A stretch of DNA of 64,000 bases from Candidatus Bathyarchaeota archaeon (lineage in GTDB: Archaea; Thermoproteota; Bathyarchaeia; Bathyarchaeales; Bathyarchaeaceae): contig CAVOMX010000012.1 of assembly GCA_963697165.1 (NCBI GenBank), forward strand, positions 96,001 to 160,000, written 5' to 3'. Numbering within the stretch: position 1 is the first letter of the stretch; each line of letters begins with the position of its first letter. Positions 1 through 11,743 of the stretch are shown here, piece by piece. The notes below the pieces were generated by a model that was given only the letters and a program-made list of their open reading frames with translations, searched no databases and was not told the DNA's origin. Made by a program: the position numbers and the translations under genes.

Positions 1-537
1 AACGTAAAAGAAGGCGAGCTTGAACTCCCTGAAATATATGACACTGTGAAAACCTTGCCCCAAACCGTGGATGTTGATTACACAATTTCTGGTTGTCCAC
101 CTCCTATTCCTGCTATCCTAAACATGTTTACTGCATTCATAAGCGGAAACATTCCTCCAAAAGGTTCAAGCTTCTTGCCAAACAAGTCAGTTTGTGACGA
201 GTGTCCGCGGGAGAAGAAGAACCGTGAACTAACTGAAATAAAAAGAATTTACGAAATTGATGACGATGGTGTAACTTGTTTCTGGGATCAAGGCGTAATT
301 TGTATGGGTCCAGCTACTCGTGCAGGTTGCGGTTCCCAGTGCCCACTTGTTAACAAACCTTGCACTGGTTGTGGTGGTCCAGGTCCTCGGGTTATCGATC
401 AAGGTGCTGCTGCAATTAGCGCTCTTGCTTCAATCGCTACCAATCCAGATGTTGTTAAACAGGTTGCGGATCCAATAGGAACTTTCTACACGTATTCGTT
501 AGCTCACTCTATTCTTAGGAGGAAAGTAAAGAAATGA
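1..537 (+). CDS. mvhG: F420-non-reducing [NiFe] hydrogenase small subunit (5'-partial)
   Basis: SGCPP, CDEC, CMGPATRAGC..CP...PCTGCGG motifs; directly upstream of the large subunit; ORF runs off the window start. Confidence 0.9.
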   Translation, partial: NVKEGELELPEIYDTVKTLPQTVDVDYTISGCPPPIPAILNMFTAFISGNIPPKGSSFLPNKSVCDECPREKKNRELTEIKRIYEIDDDGVTCFWDQGVICMGPATRAGCGSQCPLVNKPCTGCGGPGPRVIDQGAAAISALASIATNPDVVKQVADPIGTFYTYSLAHSILRRKVKK

Positions 538-1988
538 GAGAAATAGTAATAGATCCAGTAACACGACTAGAAGGACACGGAAAAATAACCATATTCCTAA
601 ACGATGCTGGAAACGTTGAAAACGCATACTTCCAAGTTCCGGAACTACGCGGCTTTGAACGTTTCTGTGAAGGAAGAAAAGCTGAAGACCTGCCCATAAT
701 AACAACCAGAATCTGTGGAGTCTGCCCAGTTGCTCACCATATGGCAGGAGCAAAAGCTGTAGACGCCGCATTCAATGCAGAACTAACAGAGCCAGCAAAA
801 AACTGCGAGAACTCGAGTATTGTGGTTATTACATTTACGATCACATACTGCACTTCTACTTCTTGGGTGGCCCAGACTTTGTGGTAGGCCCAGACCGCTC
901 CCGCCGCTAAACGTAACATTCTTGGAGTAATCGAAAAAGTCGGTTTGGACATTGCAGGAGAAGTCATAAAACACCGAGCTTATGGACAAAGGATTACTGG
1001 CATCATTGGAGGACGACCAACTCATCCTGTGAGTGCTCTTCCAGGAGGAATGGCTAAGGCAATAAACGAGGAAGAACGTCAAGATATCGAAGATATGCTC
1101 AAAAGCTGCCACGAATTCGCCAAGTTCAGCCTGAAAATCTTTGATGACATTGTTCTAAAAAATGCTGATTACGTGAACTTGATTACAAGTGACCCCTACA
1201 ACTTGGAGACCTACTACATGGGTACGGTTGACAAAAACAACAAGGTAAACTTCTACGACGGCAAAGTTCGTGTGGTCGATACACAAGGAAAAGAGTTCGT
1301 GAAATTTGGTCCTTCAGAATATTTGGACGTTATCGAAGAACATGTTGAACCTTGGACTTATGTAAAAATGCCTTACTTGAAGAAACTTGGTTGGAGAGGT
1401 CTTGTTGATGGACCTGAAACAAGTCTGTATCGGGTCGGTCCACTTGGAAGACTCAATGCCTCTGACGGTATGGCAACACCAGTCGCCCAAGCAGAATACG
1501 AGCGGATGTACAAGACTCTTGGCGGAAAACCTGTTCACGCTACTTTAGCTTTCCACTGGGCCAGATTGATTGAGCTTATGTATGCAACCGAAAGAGGTCT
1601 AGAATTGATCAAAGACAAAGACATAACTAGTAAAGACCTCAGAAGCGAACTTGGAAAACCTGGTGAAGGTGTTGGAATTGTTGAAGCTGCAAGAGGCACT
1701 CTTATTCACCATTACCAGTTGGATGAGAATGCTTTGGCAAAGAAAGTCAACCTCATAGTGGCTACAACCCATAACGCACCAGGCATCTGCATGTCCATAA
1801 AGAATGCTGCACAAGGCATTATCAAAAATGGCGTAATCAACGATGGCTTGCTAAACATGGTTGAGATGGCCTTCAGAGCCTACGACCCATGCTGGGCTTG
1901 CGCTACACACTTCGCCATCGGTGAGATGCCTCTAGAGGTTAACATCTTCAATAGCAACCAAAAACTGCTAAAGACCATCAGAAGATGA
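534..1988 (+). CDS. mvhA: Group 3c [NiFe] hydrogenase large subunit (compensating indels at ~800 and ~895)
   Basis: N-terminal TRLEGH and RICGVC; C-terminal DPCWACATH plus maturation tail; reconstructed across a 6-A run and an extra C. Confidence 0.92.
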
Positions 1989-1999
1989 GCGAATGAACC

Positions 2000-4425
2000 A
2001 TGGAACAACCTAAAGTCGGAGTATTCTTATCTGACTGCGGAAATCAACTCTCTGATATCCTAGACTTCGATGCTCTTACAAACTTCGTGAGGGTCTGTCC
2101 CGAACGTAGCTCTCATAGCAAAAGGCAGCGAGTTCTGGCGAGGCAACGGATTACAGGTTATCGTGGATGCAGTAAAAAGCGGAAAGATCAATCGTGTCGT
2201 TGTTGCTGAGAATCTTCCGAAACTGAGTGAAGTAAACATAGCTCAGGCAGTTGAAGACGCAGGTTTAAATTCATACTTGGTTGAGGTAATTGATCTTAAG
2301 GACCACTGTGCGTGGCCCCACAGGGCAACACCTAACGAAGCCACTGAAAAAGCTAAAGCCATGCTTTTGTCTGCAATTGAACGTGCCAAACTTCTTGAGC
2401 CTATCGAGAAACTTGAGTTTCCAACTCTAAAATCTGCCTTGATTATCGGCGGTGGCATCGCTGGTATGCAAGCTGCTGTGGATTTGGCAGATTTAGGTTT
2501 TGAAGTGAATCTGCTTGAGAAAGCGCCATTTCTTGGCGGTTTGGCTGCTCGAGCTGGACGGTTCTTCCCAACAGACGACTGTGCCATCTGTATTCAGTCT
2601 CCCTCTTCTGACGTTGAAGACTATTACTCATACTTCTAGAAAGTGTGTATATCGTTCTGGTTTCAGCGAAATTTCAAACCTAAACATATTAACAAACTCT
2701 AAAGTTGTGAGTGTTGAGGGCGTTCCCGGAAACTATAAGGTTACAATCGAAAAGAAGCCACGGTATGTTAAAGCGGATAAATGTGTAGTCTGTGACAAAT
2801 GTGCGACTGTTTGTCCTGTGGAAACTCCTGACGAATACAATGCGAACCTGAATAACCGCAAAGCAATTTACTTGAACGTTCCCACTGTTCACCCACAAGT
2901 CTACGTTATTGACGAGGATGCCTGCAAGTTCCACGAATGCGCCAAATGTGTTGAAGTTTGTCCAACAAACGCTATTGATTTGGATCAGAAAACTGAGCAG
3001 ATAACCTCTGAATGTGGGCAGCATCGTTGTTGCTACGGGATTCAAGGAATTTGATTCCAGCGCCATAAAAGAGTATCATTACGACGATTACCCTGACGTT
3101 GTAACTAACCTTGAATTAGCTAGAATGATTGACGGTTTTGGTCCAACAGGCGGCGCTATTGTCCGACCTTCAGACGGCAAACCTGCCAAGAAAATCGTTT
3201 TTATTCAATGTGCTGGTTCGCGAGACAGGCGATATAATCCGTATTGTTCAAGCATCTGCTGTATGATTTCTTTGAAAAACGCGTCTTTGGTTAAAGAGGC
3301 TAATCCCGACGTAGACAGTTTCTATCTGTTACATTGACATCCGAACCACCGGAAGAGAACACGAATACTACTATGAACGAGCCAGAGATATGGGCATTAA
3401 GTTCGTTAAAGGACGTCCAACTGAAATCTATAACGACGAAGAAAAAGGCAAATTAATTGTCGATGTTGAGGATGCACTTCTTAAACGATTCTTGGATTTA
3501 GAAGCTGATTTAGTTGTGTTAGCTACTGCTATGGTGCCTGCTGAAGGAACTAAAGAACTTGCCGAAATGCTAGATCTTGACTTAGAACAGGATTGTTTTT
3601 TCAAGGAATACAACGCCAAACTTAGACCTACCGAAACTAAGCAAAAGGGAATTTACCTCTGTGGAGGAGCAACTTTCCCGAAAGATGCACCAACAGCTTC
3701 TTTGCATGCTCACTCTGCAGCTTTGAAAGCTGCAAAGTTTCTAACTAATGGCAAACTAGTGAAAGACCTCAGGACTGCTGAAATCAATGAAGAATATTGT
3801 GGTGATTGTGAATTCTGTCCAGTAACCTGTCCATATGGTGCCATAAGTTTGGAACCTACAACAGGAGACCACTTTGTTGCCCGCGTAAACGACATAAAAT
3901 GTGAAGGATGTGGTGTTTGTGTTGGGACTTGTCCATTGAATGCTATCGAGCTTAGGCACTCAAGACCAAGCCAGATGGCAGCACAGATGAATGCACTCCT
4001 ATCAATTAATGGAACCTCAAAACCTCTTGTTCTAGCAATCTGCTGCCAAGAATGTGGACACACAGCTGTTGACTCTTCTGGTATGGCTAAACTGCAGTAT
4101 CCCGCCAACGTGCGAATCATCAAGGTTCCATGTGCTGGAATTGTGCGCGTTAACCAGATTCTGGAAGCCTTCAAAGCTGGCGCCCAAGGCGTTATGATTG
4201 TGGGCTGCAAGACTGATGGCTGTCACTATGAGGTTGGTAGTGATAAGGCTGAAAAGAAGATGGATCTTGCCAAGATATTGCTCAAGGAATACGGTATAGA
4301 GCCAGAACGGTTAGAGATGTTCAAGATGGTGTTCATTGAAGGTGCTCAATTCGCAGAAGCTGCTAAGATGATGACCGAACGTGTAACTAAACTGGGTCCA
4401 ATGAAACTATTGGAAGGCATTCTGA
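2000..4425 (+). CDS. hdrA: Heterodisulfide reductase subunit A with C-terminal MvhD domain (several indels)
   Basis: IIGGGIAG FAD motif, FPTDDCAIC, ferredoxin CxxCxxC motifs, FIQCAGSRD...CSSICC, then MvhD motifs CCQEC, VPCAG, GCKTDGCHY; 3' end approximate. Confidence 0.88.
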
Positions 4426-4439
4426 GGAGGCTAATTGTA

Positions 4440-4949
4440 ATGACACATCATAATATGAAAAGAACTGCAAACATGTCATTCTCTGATGAGGTTACAAGCC
4501 GTCATGGCGGCGAAACCTTGACTGCATGCTACCAATGTGGAACATGCGCTAGCAGCTGTCCAGTAGCCAGACTTGATTCTAGCTTCAATCCACGAGAAAT
4601 CATTAAACTATCTCTCTTAGGCAAAAAAGAAGAAGTGATTTCAGGAGACTCCATTTGGTTGTGCACTTCATGCTTCAACTGCCAAGAACGATGCCCCCAA
4701 GACGTTGAGATAGCCGACGTAATCTATGCACTAAGGAACATTGCTCTGGAAGCCGGTACATTCACCAAACATCTATTCCGATTTTGCATCTGCACTCATT
4801 GCTGACGGACGAATTGTTGCGATTTCCAAGTTCGTCGAAAAGAAACGCGAAGAATACGGTTTACCTGCCCCTTAAAACGCTGGACATTGCAGCAATCAAT
4901 ACGATTCTTTCTTCAACGGACTTTACTAAACCAGAAAAGACGGAGGTAG
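4440..4949 (+). CDS. hdrC: Heterodisulfide reductase subunit C (indels; end approximate)
   Basis: CYQCGTCASSCP and WLCTSCFNCQERCPQ; GGAGG SD at 4426-4430. Confidence 0.85.
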
Positions 4950-4954
4950 TCACA

Positions 4955-5830
4955 ATGAAAAGCTACGCAATATTTCTTGGATGCACTATACCTGCACGTC
5001 AACCAAACTATGAATTGTCAGCACGAAAAACTCTTGCTAAGCTAGGAGTAAACCTTGTAGACTTGGATGGTTTTACTTGTTGTTGTCCTCCACCCATACA
5101 ATCGATAAATCTGGAAAGCAGCCAAGCCATAGCTGCCTACAACATCTGCTTAGCTGAAGAAGCTGGTCTGGATATTGTTGCATTGTGTAATGGGTGCTTC
5201 GAATCTCTTGCAATGGTTAACGCTGCTCTCAAGAAAGACAAGAAACTAAAGGCAGAGATTAACGACACCTTAGCTAAAGTCGGTAAAGAGTTCAAGGGCA
5301 CTATCAAAGTGAAACATTTCCTGCAGGTCTTGATGGACGATATTGGACTTGAAAAAATCAAAGAAAACGTCGTTAAGCCATTAAGCAACCTGAAAGTAGC
5401 ACCATTCTATGGCTGCCACTCTCTTAGACCGAGCAAACTGCTACAGTTAGACGATCCTGAGCGACCACAAATCTTCGAAAACTTGTTAGAGGCTCTGGGC
5501 GCAGAAAGTGTTGAGTACCGAAACAAGTTGAAGTGCTGTGGTGGTCTGCTGAAAGGCATTTCTGATGATACCGCACTTAGCCTAGCTAGAGAAAAATTAG
5601 TAAACACAAGCAAGGCAGGCGCTGACTGCATCAGTACTCTTTGTCCATTCTGCTTCGTTGCCTTGGATATAGGACAAATCCAAGTGAAATCGAAATTCAA
5701 TGAAGTCTACGATATGCCAATACTTCACTACTCAGAACTTCTTGCTTTGGCTCTGGGTGTAGATCCAGAGGAGTTGGCACTTAGAAGCCACAAGGTAAAG
5801 ACCGACAAGATTCTCGAAAAAATCGCATAA
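4955..5830 (+). CDS. hdrB: Heterodisulfide reductase subunit B
   Basis: FLGCTIP, CCCP, CNGC, YGCH, CCGG, CPFC CCG-domain motifs; GGAGG SD upstream. Confidence 0.92.
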   Translation: MKSYAIFLGCTIPARQPNYELSARKTLAKLGVNLVDLDGFTCCCPPPIQSINLESSQAIAAYNICLAEEAGLDIVALCNGCFESLAMVNAALKKDKKLKAEINDTLAKVGKEFKGTIKVKHFLQVLMDDIGLEKIKENVVKPLSNLKVAPFYGCHSLRPSKLLQLDDPERPQIFENLLEALGAESVEYRNKLKCCGGLLKGISDDTALSLAREKLVNTSKAGADCISTLCPFCFVALDIGQIQVKSKFNEVYDMPILHYSELLALALGVDPEELALRSHKVKTDKILEKIA

Positions 5831-5839
5831 TCAACTAGC

Positions 5840-5881
5840 CTTTATGCGGGTTTTTTTTGGCGCCCGCCATGTTCTTTTTTC
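5840..5881 (+). terminator. Oligo-T terminator region after the mvh/hdr operon
   Basis: T8 and T-rich runs with a short GC inverted repeat (GCGGG/CCCGC) right after the hdrB stop. Confidence 0.45.
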
Positions 5882-5957
5882 ATTGCATTTAAAGCTGCAA
5901 TAAAGTTAATATTTTGAAACTCGGTACACTTCCAAGCTTGAATATAGGTGATCGAAA

Positions 5958-6968
5958 ATGGTGAACGCAGCAATAAATGGTTTTGGAAGAATAGGGAGGC
6001 TCCTTTACAGGGCAGCCCTTGAGGAAAACGCAGACATAAACTTTGTAGCAGTGAACGACCTAACCGATGCAAAAACCTTGGCGCACATGCTCAAAAACGA
6101 TACAGTCCACGGCAAATTCCCCTTTGACGTAAAAGCCAAAGATTCGTCTCTCATGGTTGATGGAAAAGAACTAAAGATTATTGCAGAACCAGACCCCGCT
6201 AAACTACCTTGGAAAGACATGGATGTTTACGTTGCAGTTGAATCAACAGGAAGATTCAGAACAAAAGACGCAGCAGGAAAACACATAACCGCTGGCGCAA
6301 AGAAGGTTCTTGTTTCCGCCCCCATGAGTCCAGCAGCAAGCGCTGACCTAACCATAGTTTATGGCGTAAACGACAACCTGTATGACCCTAAAAAACATAG
6401 TATAATGTCCTTGGCTTCATGCACTACTAACTGTTTAGCACCCGTCGCTAAAGTTCTCAACGAGAATTTTGGCATTGAGAAAGGTCTAATGACCACAGTT
6501 CACGCTGTAACAAACGACCAGAGACTTCTTGACATGCAACACAGCGACCTCCGAAGAGCTAGGGCAGCACCCTTTAACATGATTCCTACATCAACTGGTG
6601 CAGCCTCAGCAGTTGGTTTGGCACTTCCAATGCTTAACGGAAAACTGAATGGTGTATCACTACGTGTTCCACTACCTGACGTCTCCATAGTTGACTTGGT
6701 GGCAATACTGAAGAAAGAGGCTACCGCGGAAGAAATCAATGCAGCTCTCAAGAAGGCAGCTAACGGAAAACTGAAAGGCGTCTTAGCCTACAGCGAAGAG
6801 CCTCTTGTCTCATCAGATATTATCCACAACAATAACTCTGCTATAATCGACGGACAGTTAACCATGACCATAGGCAACTTGGTCAAAGTCTTCGCATGGT
6901 ATGACAACGAGTGGGGCTACTCCGTTAAGATGGCACGAATGATCGAAAAGATCTGCAAGATGGCCTAA
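5958..6968 (+). CDS. gap: Glyceraldehyde-3-phosphate dehydrogenase, class I (bacterial type)
   Basis: INGFGRIGR, ASCTTNCLAP, WYDNEWGYS. Confidence 0.96.
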   Translation: MVNAAINGFGRIGRLLYRAALEENADINFVAVNDLTDAKTLAHMLKNDTVHGKFPFDVKAKDSSLMVDGKELKIIAEPDPAKLPWKDMDVYVAVESTGRFRTKDAAGKHITAGAKKVLVSAPMSPAASADLTIVYGVNDNLYDPKKHSIMSLASCTTNCLAPVAKVLNENFGIEKGLMTTVHAVTNDQRLLDMQHSDLRRARAAPFNMIPTSTGAASAVGLALPMLNGKLNGVSLRVPLPDVSIVDLVAILKKEATAEEINAALKKAANGKLKGVLAYSEEPLVSSDIIHNNNSAIIDGQLTMTIGNLVKVFAWYDNEWGYSVKMARMIEKICKMA

Positions 6969-7029
6969 ACTGAGACTACAAAAACCTCAAATCCCCCCTT
7001 TTCCTTTTTTTTAAATTAAGGTGAATAAT

Positions 7030-8256
7030 ATGCCAAAATTCTTGACAATAGACGATTTCGACCTAAAAAACAAGACAGTCCTTGTTAGAGTGGACTTTAA
7101 CTCTCCTATTGACCCGAATACCAAAAAAATACTTGATGATACAAGAATCCGTGCCCACGCAGACGCAACAATTAAAGAGCTTGTCCAAAAAGGCGCAAAA
7201 ACCGTGATCTTAGCTCACCAGGGAAGACCTGGAGACGCAGACTTTATTGGTCTTGATCAGCACGCAGCGCTTCTCGGCAAAGCACTAAACATGCCTGTCC
7301 AGTACGTGGATGATGTTGTGGGAAAACAGGCTCAGAACGTCATCAAGGCGTTGAAGAGTGGCGAAGTTCTGGTCTTAGGAAACGTTCGAGGTCTCCCTTA
7401 CGAGCAAAGTAAGGGAACTCCTGAGGAGCATTCTAAAACCGAGTTCGTGAAGAACCTAGCTCCTTTGACTGACGTTTTCATTAATGATGCCTTCGCTGCG
7501 GCTCACAGGGCTCACGCGTCGATGGTTGGCTTCACGGCTGTTTTGCCCAGTGCTGCTGGTAGAATAATGGAACGAGAACTCAAAGCTTTGGGAAAAGTTC
7601 TAGAAGCTCCTGAAAAGCCGTCCGTATTCGTGATTGGTGGAGCGAAAGGCGACGATTCACTGGACATATCCACGTATGTGCTGAAGAACAAAATAGCTGA
7701 TTATGTTTTAACTGGTGGAGTAATTGGACACGTCTTTCTGGTAGCAAAGGGTGTAGACCTAGGCGAAGCCAACATGAAGTTCTTGGAAAAGAAGGAGTTG
7801 ATGGGTCTAGTTCCGGGAATAAAGGAACTCATGAATCAGTATCCTGGCGCTATCATTGTTCCCGTTGACTTAGCCATGGAAGTAAACAAGAAACGAAAAG
7901 AGATAGCTGTTGACGACCTTCCAACGGACAATCCAATCTTTGATATCGGAACAAAAACTGCAAACAAGTTCGCTGACATAATACTGAAAGCCAAAACAAT
8001 AGTGGTCAGTGGTCCTGTTGGCGTCTTCGAAAATCCAGAATTCAAGAAAGGCTCCCAGATCGTTCTTGAGGCAGTAGCCAATTCTAAAGGTTACTCGCTG
8101 GTTGGCGGAGGACACACAGTCGCTACAGTAGAAAAACTGGGGCTGACCGACAAAATGTCCTACGTAAGCACTGCAGGAGGCGCACTTATAGAGTTCCTTA
8201 TGGGAAAGCAGCTACCCGGAGTTGTAGCTCTGGAAAAGGCAGCCGCCAGAACCTAA
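7030..8256 (+). CDS. pgk: Phosphoglycerate kinase
   Basis: VLVRVDFNSP, AHQGRP, NDAFAAAHRAHAS, GGGHT, STAGGA. Confidence 0.96.
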   Translation: MPKFLTIDDFDLKNKTVLVRVDFNSPIDPNTKKILDDTRIRAHADATIKELVQKGAKTVILAHQGRPGDADFIGLDQHAALLGKALNMPVQYVDDVVGKQAQNVIKALKSGEVLVLGNVRGLPYEQSKGTPEEHSKTEFVKNLAPLTDVFINDAFAAAHRAHASMVGFTAVLPSAAGRIMERELKALGKVLEAPEKPSVFVIGGAKGDDSLDISTYVLKNKIADYVLTGGVIGHVFLVAKGVDLGEANMKFLEKKELMGLVPGIKELMNQYPGAIIVPVDLAMEVNKKRKEIAVDDLPTDNPIFDIGTKTANKFADIILKAKTIVVSGPVGVFENPEFKKGSQIVLEAVANSKGYSLVGGGHTVATVEKLGLTDKMSYVSTAGGALIEFLMGKQLPGVVALEKAAART

Positions 8257-8552
8257 TCCTCCTCTTTTTTTGGAGAACCTATTTTTTTCTTATATTTTCT
8301 TGATATTATAGTGTTTTTTGGCTTGGTTGATTTTTTGAAAAAATAGAGGTTACTTCTTAATCCACTATAAACGATTTGAACTTCATAGTAATCACCAATT
8401 TTTTAGTGAACATTGCAAACTTCGCCTCAATATCACTAATTATCTCCCCCGCCTCTAACATTTTTGTCTCCTTGGGTTGCTTCCACTTAATTACTTTCTT
8501 GGTCACTCATGTTTTCAGACGGATATTACCCCCAAAAAAGGGTGTAGTGATG

Positions 8553-11526
8553 TTAATGCCTTGGTTTCCTGTAATAGACAATAACACCAAAGTCTATAAT
8601 GCCAATTACCAGTAGAACGGCGCTCACCCATGTTGATAAGGAAGCGGCTTGAGGTTCAAGCTGGCTTGGACCAATTATTGTCCTGGTGTTATATTCCTTG
8701 ATGTAAGCCATGTGCTCTGCGTCATATGGGTAACTTTCTGCTTCGGTGTATGGGAAGCCCGTCATGTTCCTGAAGGGAAGTGGGTCTACTGTGAAATCAA
8801 ATCCATAACCCCAATTCCAAGGCGGATCTTTGAACCAGCAAGCTACAAAAAAGAATACACTTCTTTCCTTATCATCTTCAAGCGAAGGTAGATCGACAAT
8901 AGGATACTTGAGAGTAATTTTGTCACCTTGCATTCCGATAACAAAAATATCATCCGCATCCCCAAGTAAAGGTGAAACATCACCGTACCTTGTGAAATTC
9001 CCTGAAACAGTTGACGTTGTAGTGGCAAAATCCAATGGCTCAAGAATAGCGATAGGCGGGATCTCATAAACAGCCATTTCCTCTTGTGGACTTGTATCTA
9101 TTCCAATGTAATCAAACGTTACATTCCAAAAATTAGTTATTCTAATCTTATACTCACTCACATCTGTGGGAAAAAGCCCATTCAAGTCTACACAGAACGT
9201 TCTAGGGATATAATCTGCAGGAACCGGAATTTCCCTATCTTGGGGAACTCTTACCCAATTACCTTGTCGCATCCATGACTTCCATGGTAGGTGGTGAGGT
9301 GATTTGTGTTCCATTTGGTACTACCCCTTCAGCAGATGCCATCTTAAATTGGTCTATCCAATCATAATAAGGCTCAGGCGGTCCCCAATCAACCATACCA
9401 TTGATTAAAAGCTTAATTTCCGGAGCATTGGATAAATCACCCAAGTTCAATATCAACTGATTTACTGTGATGTTGTCCCATGATGGACTAAGAACTCCAT
9501 CTATGCCCGGAGTAAAGATGCCATCAAGTTGAGAGATTTCAAATAAGACATCTATCCCCTTTTTCGTTTGTAGCCGAAACTGGCATTAATAATTCGTCTT
9601 GGTTTACAGTGTAAATTTCCCCGATAAAATCCTCGATTTACATAATTTACCATTGTTGAATAAGCATCGGTACCCTTGGGATGATCAACAACCACCATGT
9701 AAGCTGTATCCAAATAATAGATTTCATCCCATTGTTGAAACAAGACAACATCATAATAATCATAGTTATTATCATTATCAGTCCTTAACTGTAATTGACT
9801 TTTGTCTAATTTGACGTGATCCCATGGATTACCCCCACTAAACACAAAGTCACCCGCTTCATTGATGTAATCCATATATCCTAACCAACCAGCATTTGAG
9901 ACTTCAGTAACATAGCTATACTCGGTTCCGTTCCAAATATACAGCGAAGGACATGACGCATATCCACTAATAATAATGTAATGTGCCAACAATGCTGTAT
10001 ATTTATCCAAGGTGAAAGTTCTTGATCCACTTTCTATACCATCGTTCCAGTGTGAAAATTCTACTATACCTGTTCCAAGATCAACGATTTCGTCTGTGTA
10101 AATGGTGTATTCTCCCACTGGTGAAAATTTAGAGTAAGGTGTTTCGTATGTTTCACCGTTGAGAGTAAATATCATAGGTGTGGTACCTCCACCTGCCCTG
10201 TTAATACTGAGTGTATGGAAGTCGTCAGAGGCAACTTGGAAATATCCAATTAAAGTATTACTTTGGTCACCCATATTCACTAATTCAACTCGATAACCTT
10301 TGGTTCCTATTTCTATAGGTCCACTCCCAGCTGTAACTGAAAATTCAATTGAAACATCAGTTGCACCAGCATCCAAAGAGAAGCTTTTAGTTTCTTCAGC
10401 TACCCCACCAATCAAGAGTCTTACATGAAGCGTACCGGGTTCATTTGCCAAATTGTCGGCTTTGGCTCTAACGTTCACAGTCTCCCCACTCCAAACTTCA
10501 TAGGGATTAACAATCATTCCATGCAATTTTGTGTCTGATGATCCAGGAGCCAGACTTTCAACAGTAAATGATCCGGATTGGTTGTCTATCTCAACGGTGT
10601 GTTTACCCGAGTTTGGCTCGGAGATTTCAAATTCTATAATCTCTGTTGCTTGTCCAACCAATGTAACATCTCTGGTCTCTCTTGTGAATCCATCAATTTG
10701 GAGGTTCACTGAATAACTCCCAGTAGCTTCTCCAACATTAGTCACCTTAATCGATATTTCCACAACTTCATCAGCTAGGACAGAGGAAGGATTAACCGCT
10801 AAATCGGTTACTTGAAATTCTGCAGGTTTAACTGGTTGAGCCTCAGAAGTAATTTTAAAGGAGGTGGTCAAAGTCCCCAACGTTAACAACATAGTCGCCT
10901 TCAGCATTTTCAACAATTTCAAACTGGACAGATTTGCTTTTGCCACCATCCAACTGAATGCTTTTAGTTTCTCTTTTTTGGTTGTTTACGAAAAGTTCCA
11001 GCAAGAATTCGCCAGTTTCGTCGCCTATGTTGGTTGCCGTAACTGAAACAGTTATAGGGTCTCCAATTTCAGCCTCTTTTCGACTGGATACCAGATTAGT
11101 TAATTGTAGTTCAGCCTGTTTGGTTGGAATTTCCGAAGTGACTTTGAATGATCCCGTTACACTCCCTATTGTAATTGTGTGGTTGCCTTCAGTTTGTTCT
11201 GTTGCTGTGAATACTACTGTTGTAATTTCTCCTCCTGAAAGCTGAACAGTTTTTGTCCATATCGGAATATCATCTATTGTTAGGGTTACTGTGTGGTTAC
11301 CTGTCTTGTCTCCAATGTTAGTTACGGTAACCGATATTTGCACAGGTTCCCCAACTTGTACCCAATCAGAATCAATAATCAAATGAGTTACTTGAAAATT
11401 GGCGGGTTTTAAAATCTGTGAATCAACATAGAGGAAAGTGGGAAATATAACAGCTAGAATTACCAAGTCAGTCAATAAAGCTATCTTTAATTTAGTTGAG
11501 CGAGAGACCAAGAAAATTCCACTCAT
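8553..11526 (-). CDS. Large membrane-anchored CARDB/Ig-repeat surface protein (split by indels)
   Basis: N-terminal TM, repeated VxNxGxxxG Ig-like modules, SCPSLYIWNG domain, C-terminal TM with basic tail; pieces 10855-11526, 9552-10949, 9259-9456, 8553-9314. Confidence 0.75.
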
Positions 11527-11743
11527 AGTAACGATAAACTACAGGTTATATTTAAGAAACTAATTTCAATATTTCGGTTTTTAGCATTTGGTAGTGCCCA
11601 AAAGATATGGAAATAGTTTTTTTTGATCTTGATTTTATGCTGTTTCATGCATATCCTGCAACAGGTTTTTAATACCAACAACTAAAACAAATGTTTCATG
11701 ATTACAGACAACACCAATATTTCGTCTAGGATCATTCAATTTC

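Noticed and set aside
790..900. Programmed frameshift in mvhA at the A6 run
   Set aside because: A homopolymer deletion compensated by an insertion ~95 nt later; typical read error.
3390..5830. Apparent HdrA-MvhD-HdrC and HdrC-HdrB in-frame fusions in the ORF track
   Set aside because: GGAGG SD motifs precede internal ATGs at 4440 and 4955, nearby out-of-frame stops exist, and the region is indel-rich; separate genes are more likely.
8360..8510. Short minus-strand coding-like stretch
   Set aside because: About 45 codons, interrupted, with no recognisable family.
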